From: Isurus oxyrinchus
Lineage: Eukaryota
Length of the DNA stretch: 64,000 bases
Direction of reading: 5' to 3'
Assembly (NCBI GenBank): GCA_026770705.1
Contig: JANJGN010000034.1
Location: forward strand, 3,720,001 to 3,784,000
A program made the position numbers and the translations under genes. The notes under the pieces were generated by a model. The model worked only from the letters and a program-made list of their open reading frames with translations, had not been told where the DNA came from and searched no databases. How positions within the stretch are numbered: the stretch's first letter is position 1; every line of letters begins with the position of its first letter. Positions 26,301 through 38,900 of the stretch are shown here, piece after piece.

Positions 26301-27367
26301 ATAAGATATTGCGGTAATACCTTGTTGAGCAGCAATGCGTCACCAGCGGTAGGACAGGATGGGCGCGTTCAAATTAACAAATTGCTTTCAGAAAACTTAA
26401 TAACGCAGATCCTTGTAAATCAACGAATTTGAGTATCGATGGTAAGTATAACAAGAGACTTGAAATTGACTTCTGTAAATCATTATCGAATTCAATTGTG
26501 ATGCCTGATATTCAATCGAAGTTTGCAATACAACATTGCATTCCGAATTCCAACATTCATTCTAAACAACTCATCCCCACCTGTATCCTCGAAATATTTG
26601 TCTATCATTTGAAATCTGGGTCTGCATTTGATGTGATGGTGCGTTTGAAGTCAACGCCCACTCCCCCCAGCTAACATCCACATCTCTCCACTCCCACCAC
26701 CCTTAAAGCCTCCATTCATAACGTTATTGGCTTGTTTAGTTCTATTACTCTGCAATCCTGTTTTCAGGAATATGCACAAAATATGATCGCTGATGTATGT
26801 TTAACTTAAACGATGCATTTCTGTTCTTAACCAATTCTTTCGCCACTAAGCTTTTTTGTGCGAAATCCATGGGCAATTCTTTTGAACAGATGTGTTGTTA
26901 TCATGATTCGTACCTGAAGGCAGTTACCATGGGTACATCTTGAACTAAAGCTGCGCCATATGCATAAGCCACAGGGGTTAGCAACTGGACCTTAATTGCT
27001 TTAGAAGTCCCAGGACGTGACGATGATTCTGCGTGTCTCTTCGAACCCAACATTCAAAACAAATATCAGGTGAGGCATGGATTTCGTATTTTCTTATTAT
27101 AAGCAAATACGTGTTTATCAGCTATGAATATCATTGTGGTCTGTTTAATAATTCTGCGTGAATGGCCGTCAGAACTTAACCAAATATGCTCAATAGCAAA
27201 TGCAATCTTAAAGGGGCATTTAATAGAAAACAGATGACTGACATCATCCAGGATGATTCTTTTGTTTGCAAAAGGTTGTGGCTTCGTCATTCTCAATTCA
27301 GCACGGCCACCAGAACCGCCTGCCCTACGAAAAAAAAAACAAAACAGGAAACATTGTTTGCATCTAC

Positions 27368-27394
27368 CTAACGCCTTTTCTTGTATCTTTGCAT
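27368..27394 (-). CDS. class A micro-exon, 27 nt, (D)AKIQEKAL
   Basis: ctttctctctcacag|ATGCAAAGATACAAGAAAAGGCGTTAG|gtagat. Confidence 0.7.
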   Translation of the reverse strand: MQRYKKRR

Positions 27395-27584
27395 CTGTGA
27401 GAGAGAAAGTTCGTCTTCTTAACAATGAACAAAATAGTTTATTTTAAATAATCAGGCTTCGGCCCTGTCAAATTGTTACTTTCTTGTAATAACTTAAAAG
27501 TGAAAGTAAATATGAAATCCGATTCATTTAATAGTCACAACAACAATGAGTCAATGGTTCTAGAGCGGTGGTAGACCTGGGTAG

Positions 27585-27760
27585 AGAAAATCAAATTACT
27601 GTGGATGCTGGAGATCTGAAACAAAAACAGAAAATGCATGAAAAACTCAACAGGTCTAACAGCATCTGGAGAGAAAAAAAGAACAGATTCGCCAGTTCTG
27701 AAGTAAGGTCATAAGGACTCAAAAAGTTAACTCTGTTTCTTTCCCTCTCCCCAGGTATTT
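27585..27760. mobile_element. Penelope-like terminal repeat fragment
   Basis: tggatgctggagatctgaaacaaaaacagaaaatgc...aaaactcaacaggtctaacagcatc, homologous to 20355-20486. Confidence 0.65.
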
Positions 27761-28779
27761 TGAACTGTTTTTTTCTCTCTCCACAGTTGTTGCTAGACCT
27801 GATGACCTCTTGGTAGAAATTAAGTGTGCATGTGGGCCCGAAATAGAAAGCTCGGGATACAAAGAGATGAAGCAATGGTGAGATGTTTGGGTGGAGACTG
27901 AGATCACATTGAGTGCAATTCAAGAGAAGGAAAGAAACTTCAAAGAAATATCAAACATCAGAAAAAGGAAATGCAAAACATCTATGGTAAGATCAAAATC
28001 AGGGAAGGAGTCGATTAGTGCATAACTGTAATGAGCTTCTAATTACAGGTATCAATATTGAAGGAACACAGGTATTTTAGCCCAGTGGGCAAAATATCCT
28101 GCATCATGTCAGGAAATTTAGATACTTCTCAGGCGTGTCAGAGCCGCCAGTTGGAGCAGAAAGAAACCCAGCTGCCGCAGCATAGGCAACGACAGCAGCA
28201 GTCGAGATGCATCGGGGAGGCGGCAGGATATATGAATATTAATTTTCTTAAATTGGTAAAGCCGGCACACAAAAGTGCAGGCTGAGTGTGAGTTTGAGGC
28301 AGGTAGCTGGACAAAAGCTGTCCTGTTAGGGAGGGGAGTTAGTAGGTGGGAGGGGGGGGGGGGGGGTGGTGGTGTGGAGTGCATTAATTGTGTACATCTC
28401 ACTTTTGAAACTGCATTCAATTCAGAATACTTGTGACAGTGATTTGCCCTCTGCAGACTGCATGCACAGCCAAGTCCATGACAGCATGGGCGGCTGAGCA
28501 ACAAAATTGAGGAGGGAACATGAGAAGTTGCAGAAAAGTAACTATAGGGGATTCGATTTTAAGAAGCGCAGAAAGGCACTTCCTTGACTCCTATGACATG
28601 TTGTCTCAGTTGATTTGGCGTTAGTATTTACATGGCAATTGAGGAGGGAAGTCAGACACGCTGCTGACATGTCACTTGATTGCACCAAGTGCAATGGCTG
28701 AACGAGGTGGGTGGTCATGCAGGCAGCTTGCATGAGGCTAGGAGAAAACCAGACACACATAAATAGTAATCACTGGATT

Positions 28780-29290
28780 ATTACTCTGGTTAAATGTTAG
28801 CGGATGAAGGAATAAGAAAAGTATGCCGATAAATACATTACTGGAGAAGGGGGCAGGATGGATTGATTTCAAATCCGGATGCATGGGAGCTTTTTTTTTC
28901 TTTACTTGGAGGTGGGACCACTAGAATTCTGACGGATGACACCTCAACTTACCGCAAACAATATCCTGTCAGGTAGTTTTGATAAGTATCATTGGTGATG
29001 GTTAAACTACCTCGATAGCTGGATGGACGCAGTATACGTTATTTGGACGTGAGAGCTAAAATGTTTGAAATGAACGTCAGAAAATTATTATTGCACATAA
29101 ATCAAAAGTAATTGTCGACTAAAGTAGAGGAGTTGAGAGCAGAGATTTAGAGTTCGGAGCATACTATGTCACAACGGAAACTAGGCTGTAAAACAGAAGG
29201 AGTGGAAGCCCACTATTCCTGATTACATAGTTCTCGAAGCTGATAGAGAGATGGCAAAAAATGAGCTGGAGAGCGATAGACGCTAGAGGA
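28780..29290 (+). mobile_element. CR1 LINE ORF1 end / ORF2 endonuclease start, decayed
   Basis: DG*HLN-like motif near 28930, then KVEELRAEI, TETRL (~TETWL) and a frameshifted IPDY...DR segment. Confidence 0.6.
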
Positions 29291-29324
29291 AAATGCATAA
29301 AACTGGCTTGTATCTTTGTCAGGA

Positions 29325-30262
29325 TGGGGTAGTGTTATGCTCGCTTGATTATTAATCCTGAGACCCAGTTAAATGCTCTGAGGACAAGGATTCCAATGCC
29401 ACCATGGCAGTTGGTGGAATATGAATTCAATGCAAGTCTGCAATTATAAGTCTGATGATGAATAGGAAACCATTTGCGATTTTAAATATACCCTGACTGG
29501 TTCATAGTGCCCTTTTGGGAATGAAATCTGCGATCCTTTCCTGCTGAACACTATATGAGTCTCCACGCCAGCAGCAATGTGGTTGACTCTTAAAGGTCAT
29601 CTGAATTGGCCTAGCAAGCCATTCAGTTGGATCAATCCAATAAAAACATCACAGAATAGGAATTAAACTGGACGGACAACCCGACATCCTCCGAAGCACC
29701 AGAAAGGACATAGGTAAACTCAGCCCTGTCCGCCCTACAATGTCCTCCTTAATAACAACTGGGGGCTTATGTCACAATTTCGAGAGCAGTCTCAAAGGCT
29801 CACAAAGCAACAATGTGCATAGTTATCCTCACAGAATCACACCTGACATATAATGTCCCAGAAAACACCTTAACCTACACTCAGCATCTCCAGTCCCACA
29901 ATCAGGGCAGACCCAGCAGATTTGACAGCAGAATGGTGTATGGCCTGGAGGGAGGTGGCTTTCCAGTCCTCAATACCAACTCCGGACCTTATGAAACCTT
30001 TTGGCTTCAGGTCAAGCATGGAGAAGGATACCTCCTGCTGATTGCTACGTACTTCTTTCAGATTAATCACTGCTCCTCCTTATTGAATACCTCTTGGAGG
30101 AGGTACTGAGGGTGGCAAGGACGCAAAATATACTCTGGGTGAGGGACTTCAACGCCTATCAACAAGAGTGTCTTGCTTTGCAAAACTACTGGCCAAACGG
30201 GCCGCATGCTAAATGAGATAGCTGCCAATCAGAGTATAGGGCAGATGTTCAGGAAACCAAGT
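29325..30262 (+). mobile_element. 5' part of a LINE with a tRNA/SINE-like 5' head and APE endonuclease ORF, decayed
   Basis: SINE-like head at 29325-29630 followed by IVILTESHL, WLQVKHGEGYLLLIATY and LWVRDFN (~GDFN). Confidence 0.8.
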
Positions 30263-33155
30263 GTATTTTCCTGATGAAAGGCTTTGCTTAATAAAAAATA
30301 CAAGACGGGACGTATTCTTGAAAACTTAACACGCTTTCACAACAAATATATGTGGTGGGCAGGGGTATTGGGGTGGGGGGGGGTGAGGTGGGGCGTGGGG
30401 TGGTTGTGTGTGTGGTTGCGGTGGGTGTGGGTTGGGTAGCATGTGGGGGGTGGTGCTGAAACATTAACTTCATCAGACATTGGGACTGAATAAAAGTTAA
30501 GGGTTGAGACAAATTTGAAATTTGATAAACATTCAGGCCAGAATCCTAGGCTGCTCAGAAATGGGAACAGAAAAAAATTATCCGTGGTCTTGTGTGCTAC
30601 AGAAGAGAGGAAACAGGTAACATTGTGCCATCGATTTATATGTCAGTGAAGTGCAAAATGAAGAACTGAAGGCAGCCCCCTCGCCCCTGTTAAGTAAAAA
30701 CATTCTGCGAATTCTGACGGTCAGAATACATTTTCATTTGCAAATACTTGACTTAATCAAATGCACGCAACACAAAACTGTTAAGAGAAGATCTTGTTTT
30801 CTAATCTGGTTTCCAATTTTGAAGCGATTGTACTTGTAACGATCAGGCTATTGCATTTTTTGGCATCAGTGCGACTTTTGACAATTTTTGACATGACTTA
30901 ATGGCTAACAAGTTAAAGATAAATTAATTGCAAGAAGGATTTCAACATAGATCTAAAATTTCCTCAAAAGCACAAGGATATTTCTTGATTAATATCTTGT
31001 TGGAAAGATCACTGCTAGTTGATTTGTTTATTGCGAAATACATCAATTCTGTGTGGTTGATTGTTATGTGTTTGATTTAGAAACTTTCATCTGACAGAAA
31101 ATAATGGGCGTCAGGCTGCGAATCAAGGGGACTTTTGAATAGTACAGAAACGTATTAACGAGGGGGAGGTGGCAGTGGAGCACAATTTTTAATCCAAGGA
31201 GCAATGAGGTAATTCATTTGAAGATTAACAATGGAACTGAAATTAAACTTTAGGGTATTGAGAACAACAGCTGATAAGAGGTACCTTTACTTCATGTGCG
31301 CCTATCTCTAAACGTGGTTCGACAGGTAAGCGTTTGTTTATGGATTCATAATCGAAAATTAGTTTTATTAAATAAGGGAACAGATTTTTTGCTTTTTTCT
31401 GATTAAAGAGGCATGTTGGCAAAACTTTTCATTTGGCGTTCATGAGGACATTTCACTAAACATACACGTTTATAATGTAAGAGAAGAAAGTACTGATTGT
31501 TTGCTCAGTGGACTCTGCTTGGTAGAGGTGTTGCTATGGCACATGTACTGGTTGATGCTGGCTCACAGTTAACTGCAAATTATCATTTGGAATTTACACC
31601 AGGTAGCTTGACTCTGAGTAAGGCATTCGCTGAGGAATGCACCAGTGAATGGTTGTCACTTAGTTTGTTTTTCTGACACAGCTGCATTGTGTAGGCATGT
31701 CCTTTCTGGCTGCAAATATAATGGGTCTGTATATTAGTACATGTACCGTTCAATGCTTATAATTGTGCCACATGCCAAGCCAGTTTGGCAGCATAATTTT
31801 TTGCATAATGTGGATTACTTAACATATTTTGAACAGTTGCAGAATCAGATGTTATGTTGGACAGTGTGTTTTGAGTTTTGCAATGACGGGGCGGTTGCGT
31901 GCTGTATTTTTATTTCCCAGTCCCAAACAACAGAAGGTACACACTGCTTGATGTAATATGCCAGTGTTTGGGACATACGTTTCAGCACATGCCAAAAATC
32001 ACACTGGCATATTGCTGATTTCTGTGATAGGTGAACATATTCTTGCTTGATAGCATTTAGCATTTAGTCATAAATACCACTCGGTTTGATACTTCATCAT
32101 AGCAGCGTGAAGCAGCTAGCTTCATTTGCTGCTCAAGTATTCTAAACACCTTAGCTCCCTCTGTAATCAGAGTAGACTTGGCACTTTTCAGTGACAAAAT
32201 TAAATTTCACGTGTTTGGCCAATATTTGGCGCAGAATGATCTCATCAGTTAGGCATCCCGCAGGATGCCTTTCATAAGCACTATTTCAGCTTCAAGTGTT
32301 TGTGGTGACCATATGGCTCGTTTCCAATTTGCAAGATTGCCAACAACAGAATTCATATAGCGTGTGAAACATTAAGTGTCCCAAAACTTATATTGACCAA
32401 TGAAGGTAGACTTGATGAATTCCCGAGGTGAATTATCAACTATTACATCAAGAAAACAGAGTTAATTTGGCTGCTCAATTTCAAAGGTGAACTTGATTTC
32501 AACATGGTGCCCATTAAAACAATTAAGAAAATATAACATGAAATTGGGGGATTTACGCAAAGCAAATGGCTATTATTTATGTGTCGGAAATACCCAAGAT
32601 GGATGGGATTATGTGTCATTCCATCAAAGACACGTTTTGCATGGTCTGCTTCAAACCTACCTTCATTCGTCAACAAACACCTTATATTCGTATATTTCAA
32701 GGCATTATATGCAAACCCGTAATTATGTCCAGAGCCATGTGCTCACCATGTAAACTGATGGTAAATTACCGCGCATCAAAGGCATCCTATACTCAGTGTC
32801 TACTCAGAAAAATGTCATTCTACGCTGTATGTCGTGCAAACGCCTGGAACACACTTCCATTGCTGAAAATTGCCAAGTCTAGCTCAGATTTCCGTAGAAG
32901 GGTGAATTATCTCAAACATTAGAACAAAACATGTAAATAGCTGTTGCACACTGTTGCTATGCAGTACCAGTAGGAATGGTATTCACCAGTAAGAGGATGC
33001 TGCCATAAAAACTATCGCACAAATGAGTAACGTGGATTTTCATGACAACCATTCGCTGGGTCATTCTTTAGGATAATCCCTTGACCTATTTGAGTCTGTC
33101 AACCAAACAATAATCAATCTCATTGAGTATAAATTGGTTTCCTTCCTTTGCATTG

Positions 33156-33317
33156 NNNNNNNNNNNNNNNNNNNNNNNNNNNNNNNNNNNNNNNNNNNNN
33201 NNNNNNNNNNNNNNNNNNNNNNNNNNNNNNNNNNNNNNNNNNNNNNNNNNNNNNNNNNNNNNNNNNNNNNNNNNNNNNNNNNNNNNNNNNNNNNNNNNNN
33301 NNNNNNNNNNNNNNNNN
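33156..33317. other. assembly gap (162 N)
   Basis: Run of N. Confidence 1.
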
Positions 33318-33439
33318 TGTATTAAATAAAACTTGTGTGTAGAAGTTTTCCTTTTCAGTTCAAGTATGACAGCTTCCAGATGGATACTACAATGGAACAC
33401 CAGGTTGAACATGCTTGTTTATTGAAGATTTGGATAAAA

Positions 33440-35175
33440 AAATGAAATTATCAACGGGAAAATATGATTGCAGACTTGCTTCCAGCATTAAAGGGTATCC
33501 CAAATTCTTCAATGTGCATACGCATTGTAAATAGATGGTTAAAACAGAGAAGTATGGCTGGTTGGTGAAGGAAAGCAGAATTTAAGCATGGAGGAAGGGG
33601 ATATAGCTGAGTTATAAAGTGGATATTTTGTTTCTGTGTTTTAGAAAAGACGAACATGCTACCCAGGCCAAAATGAAAGGAGCAATAATTAATGCAATAG
33701 AACATTTGAACTTTGCATGCAGTTGGTAGTATACAGGTTTCCTAATCTTAAAGTCGATAAGGCATCACGTCAAAATTGATGCATCCGGAGATAAAAAGGA
33801 TGCTGAGACTGGAAGTCGATTAATTAGAGACATTAGCAACTAGGAAACAAAATTAGTTTAGTGACAGGAAACAGGGTATAACGGTTAATGATTTTTTTTT
33901 TTCGAACTAGAGGAAGGTTTGTTCTGTAGTTCTCCAGGGAACTTGTCTGTGACCATGGTCTTCCTAATGCCTATTAATGACATGAATATTGATGCACATG
34001 CTCATTTTTTAAAAATTTTAGGGTGGTGGAAAACTTGGAAGCACGGTGAACTGTGGAGTAGGAAATCTATAATTTGAAAAGGATGGAGTGAAGTTAGTGG
34101 AATAAGTCATAAAGGGGCAGATAAAGTTCAGTGATAGGAAATGAAAAGTTATTCACTTTCGAAAGGAGAACTTGGCAGGTTAATATAAAATAAAGCATAC
34201 ACACGTATAGGGAATGCAGCTACAGAGAGACCATGGGTCTATATGTGTGTGAGTAATTGAATGTGGCAGAAGAATTTAAGTGAGTGTTTAATTAGGTGTG
34301 AAGTATCCTAAGCTTTCATATTAGCAGCATAGTCTAAAATAACAGCGAGATTATGATTAACTTGCATAAGACAAAATTACGCCCACAGCTTGAATATTGT
34401 GTCTGTTCTGGGAATCACCTTCCAGAAAATACGCAAAGGCACTGTGGTGAGTGCAAAAAATATCCACCACAATGACACTACCATTGATGATAGATTTAAG
34501 AAAGTTGGACTCTTTCTTTTTAATTGCAAAGGAGAATTTTGAGAAAACATTTGTTAGAGATATTCCAAATCATTAGGTGTCTGCATAGAGTAGATAGAGA
34601 GAAGCTAATCTCAGTCGTGAATAGGTCTGGAATGCAAGGGAGCAGCTTTGAAAACAATAACCAAAAGAAACAAAAGTGACATGTGGAAAACATTTCTTAT
34701 TTACATGCAACGAGTGGTTACGGTTCAGCTTGTACTGTCTAAGAATGGCTGAGACAGTTTCAATGAAAGCATTCAAAATGGAATTCGATTGTTGTCTGAA
34801 AAATAACCTTGGCAATATTCGCACTACATTTATCTTCCCCATAAACAACCTGCTGTACGTCAGCAACATGTCTGCTACTCTGATGTTCCTTTTGGGCTGT
34901 AACTTAAAACCTAATGATCTCAGCCCTGAACTTTACTTTTTTTTTAAATTTTTTAATGAAAATCATGCTTTGCTTTCTGATAAATCTAAGTTGTGCATGA
35001 TCAAGAATGGACATCAAACTGCCTGTTAGTAAAAAAGGACAGCTGATCATTTATGACATACTACTTGTTATTGGGAAAAGGCGTGAGAAGGGTCCTATCT
35101 GCATTCCTCATTTAGTGACCCAGTGAGTATATGATTGGCCGAATAGACTCCTTATGCAGTCCAACATTTTTTGTG
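33440..35175 (+). mobile_element. CR1 LINE ORF2 and 3' end, decayed with internal deletions
   Basis: LASSIKGYPKFF, MHP, an RT core near 33860-34040, RPQLEYCV, and a 3' tail ggccgaatagactcctt. Confidence 0.8.
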
Positions 35176-35579
35176 GTTCTCTGCACGTTTGATTCTACGC
35201 AGCTGTAGAAATGTGAATATTTTGTGAAAATTTGCCCCTGCACGACAGAAGAGGTCTGATAGCAATAAAACATGTGCAGAGGAGATTTATGAAGATTTTC
35301 CTGGGACTGGAAAAGTTTGGCAAAGGAGAAAGAATGGATTATATTTATGTATTTTTTTTATCAGTGGCGCAATGCGGGGAGGCAGTAGCATTATAATTAC
35401 ATAACATATTAATGGGCTCGGTGGGATGGATAAGGTGTCACTGTTACATATATATCTCAGAGGAACATTAAGAAGCATTTGTAGATCTATGGCAAGACAG
35501 GAGTTGTTTGGAGGAAAAACTTTTTCATAGTTGTAACATCTACTAATGCATTGTTTTATTTTATTTTTTCATTAGACGT

Positions 35580-35960
35580 TTGAAAAGCTGACAAGGCCAG
35601 CATTTGCATGTCAACTCTAATTGTCCTTGAACTTCGTGGATTGCTACACAATTTCAGAGGGGCAGTCAACGGTGACCACTTCACTGTGGGTCTAGAGTCC
35701 CATGCAGGTTAGGTCAGGTAAGAAAAGTAACTTTCCTTCCTTAACAGTCAGTAGTGAGCGTGGTGTGCTTTTTTTAGTTTGCATTTTTATCACTATCAAG
35801 AATTGCTTAATGATCCGTGTAGCTGGCAAAAGCTCCAAAATTCCAGCTTATTAATTTAAGTCCCACCAGCTGCTGTGCTGGATTTTAAACATTTATTGCA
35901 GAGCATTAGGTTGAAGGACTCGATTACATATCGACTGCTCTTACCAATATGGCAGCCTTT
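35580..35960 (-). mobile_element. tRNA-head SINE, decayed
   Basis: Homologous to 6110-6470. Confidence 0.6.
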
Positions 35961-35999
35961 CCCGTTTGTCATGATTTACTTCATAATTTGGATTCAAAA

Positions 36000-38900
36000 A
36001 TCTCTAATATAATTGCCAAAGTTGATTTCCCTTTCGCCAACCGATGTTCACGTTCTCGGATTTCACCATGATTTTCTAACTGCTTTGTCAATGGTCCCTT
36101 GCAGGTGATTGCAGAATTTCGCAAGAGGACTGGTACCAGGCTCTCTTATTCCCTGAATTATCGAAACCTCCTTCAACGATCAGAAAAACATTTGCTAATC
36201 CAACTCTGCTGGGGCCGTTTTAGCTTCCAAAGGACTTTCTGAATTTTTAAGCGGTGGATCACATATTTCTGCAGCTACCAAATTTAGGCACATTGCCATG
36301 CGGGACATTAGGCCATTCGGATTTACAGGGTTTCAGTTATTTAAGCTTTTCTAATAATTTTCTCTGCAAACATTAATTACCTCAATTTCCTTTCTTGTTT
36401 TATCCCCTTAGCATTTCTCTAATTCTGTTATACAATTTGTCTTTTCTATAGAAAATGAAGTTACCCAATTTATTTATGTATTATAGCTTTTCCTTGCTAT
36501 ATTTTGAACTCTGCTTCATCTTTATATTTTGGTCCATTACGGGCCCTTACCCCCTTACTACGCCACAGATGGGTTTCGTTTTTTTTTTGCTTCTGGATAG
36601 AATGTGTTGTGATTAAATATTTTTGAAATATTTCTTTAAAGGTCTGCCACTTTATATAAGACAAATTAACCCTGTATTATTGCACAACAGTAAACCCACA
36701 TAGATTTTCCCAAAATTATTTCCTCCAAGTTTTCTTTCCCATAACCGTCTCAACAATGCCATCATGAACTAAGCTTCCATGTCCCCTTTGCATATTTTAT
36801 TATTCAGTATCCATGAAGATAAGCGTTTCCACAGATTATTGCATTCTCAATGGTAAAGACCATGATCATTTCTTAAGATAGCCGACAACTACGATGAGGT
36901 GGATGGGCATCAGTGTGTGCTGGGGGCTTTAGCATACTACCAAAATCTTCCCCTAACGCTTTTACCCACGTAATCTCCACTCATACTGATTCTAGTTCGT
37001 AATATGTTGAACCAAGATACTTTCTGACTAACATCTGCCTTTCATCATTCACGATCAGGGCTATTCATCCTCATTTAATGTTCCACCAAATTAGCAGCTC
37101 CACCAATCATTACGTTTTAGAATATGATAGTCCCAGGCCTCATCAAATGTTCTGCATTTCTAGCTCAGCTCCATGCCTCATTCTTTTCATCAGCACTGAT
37201 CGACAGAAACTTTCAAGTTGCATGCTCATTTTAACAAGTAATACAATGGAATTTCCGTTTCAAAATAATGATTATAATTCCCTTTCTGAAGTTTGAACGT
37301 CCACCTAATCATTTCCACTGAGTAGTCGGTTAGTCCGTGTTATGTTTGTCTATATTTTTCTCTATGTCACGATATTCTGAATATGAATGATTTTATATTG
37401 AACGAATTCCCTTCAAAATGGTATTTATTAGATTCTCAATGATGCCTTTCTACCACCTTATTTATTCTCAGTCTGGAGCTTAAAAGGAGGATGGAACGCT
37501 TTTTGCAGAATGAGTTAAATTTAATGAATGCAATCTCTATTCGTTTTCGAGAGGCAATAACATAGCCAAAGTTTCCTCACTTGAGATGCCAGTAATATAA
37601 AATATCAAAGGCTCGATTGCTGGACCAGCAGTTTCTATTTATACTAATGAAAGCGAATCCTCCTGAAGGTCCCCAATGTTCCGTTAATTCTGGCTTTCAT
37701 CTTTTACACAATTGACTTGGTACTTTGAACGTAGTGTGTGTGACCAGCTGAAACCTGAGCTTCATCCTAAAGGTTTGAACTAAATCTCTCTTAATTTCTA
37801 CTCTGCCCGCCTGATGAAGGACGCTCATGAGGAGCAGGAATCGACCACCTGGCTGTTTGGTGCTGCCCCATCATTCGAAAAGATTATGACGGATCTGACT
37901 TTAAATTCAAATCCAAATCCCTGACTACTCTGATGACCTTTCAACCCCTTTCATAGCACGTATATTCCTAAATATACTTTAAATGTATTCCAAGATTTTG
38001 CCCCACCGCATTTTTAGGAAACATGTTCTAAAGTCTCAAGACCGTCGCAGAGAGAGTAAAAAACCTCCTCACTCCTGTCTTGGTGGATGGCCCCTGAATT
38101 TTAAAGCGACACCTAGTTCTAGATTCTCCCATAATGGGGAACAACGACTGTGTCACGACCACACAGTATCTTATATATTTGAAACATTTTGCCTCTCCCC
38201 CTTCTAAACTTCAGTGGATCCATGCTCAACCTGCCAAGCATTTTCTCATAAGGTAACACAACCATTCCGGATATTAATCTAGTAAACATTCACTGAAATA
38301 TTTCCAATGTATTTAACATGCCCCTCAAATAAGGAGACGCATGTAATAAGGAGACTCTGTAAAAAAGTTGTTCCTTCATTTCAAAATGCGTTTCTTCTCC
38401 AAAACTATACACAGGCTCCCACTCTTTCTTGTGTCTTCAGATAACCGGAACAATTTTTAATTGTGTACCTTGGTCAAATAGGTCATAATCATATTAATCT
38501 CCATCTTATCTGCCTTAAATCTTCATTGTTCCCAGGACAACAAGTATTGCTCCTCGAACCTGGCCCAGGTAGTTACTACCTGTAAAAGGTTTGGTAAATC
38601 TCCTCTGCACCCTTTCTAGGACTGTAACAACCTCCCGAAAGTGTGGCCGTTAAAACTGGATGCAATGCTCTGTTGAAACTAATCAAAACTCGTAGAATCT
38701 TCCCCGATTTTTAATTCAATGCCTCTATTTGTGAAGTCGGTTTTGACATGTGCTATTCCAACTACTCTCTCGATATGCTGTGCCATATTCATTTATATTA
38801 ATGTATGCTCCCAGAGTTCTCTCTTGAAAACTATGCAACTGAGTTAATATTACCTCTCCCTACGCCTCTGCAAAATATTGTTTCTTTCAATTAGCATCGC
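36000..38900 (-). mobile_element. several decayed CR1 fragments in minus orientation
   Basis: Reverse-strand CR1 hallmarks such as ccttctaaacttcagtgga, tctagtaaacattcactg and ggtaaatctcctctgcaccctttc. Confidence 0.6.

Noticed and set aside
23463-27320. Apparent V-C1-C1-C1-TM antigen-receptor-like pseudogene, including RMILLFAKGCGF
   Set aside because: The segments map to decayed LINE RT (LYFS..SHQ; DHVTLQQ), a MITE-like repeat and a CR1 3' end (FFCLQKVV). The matches were assembled by eye across stops.
32290-32643. Ig V-like pseudo-exon (LGDLRKANGYYLCVG) with an apparent leader at 31958-32030
   Set aside because: It needs several frameshifts. The same sequence fits a decayed LINE C-terminus (WCP..K..KL, HGLLQTY) collinear with NAWNTLP at ~32840. 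An HMM search against Ig and RT profiles would settle it.
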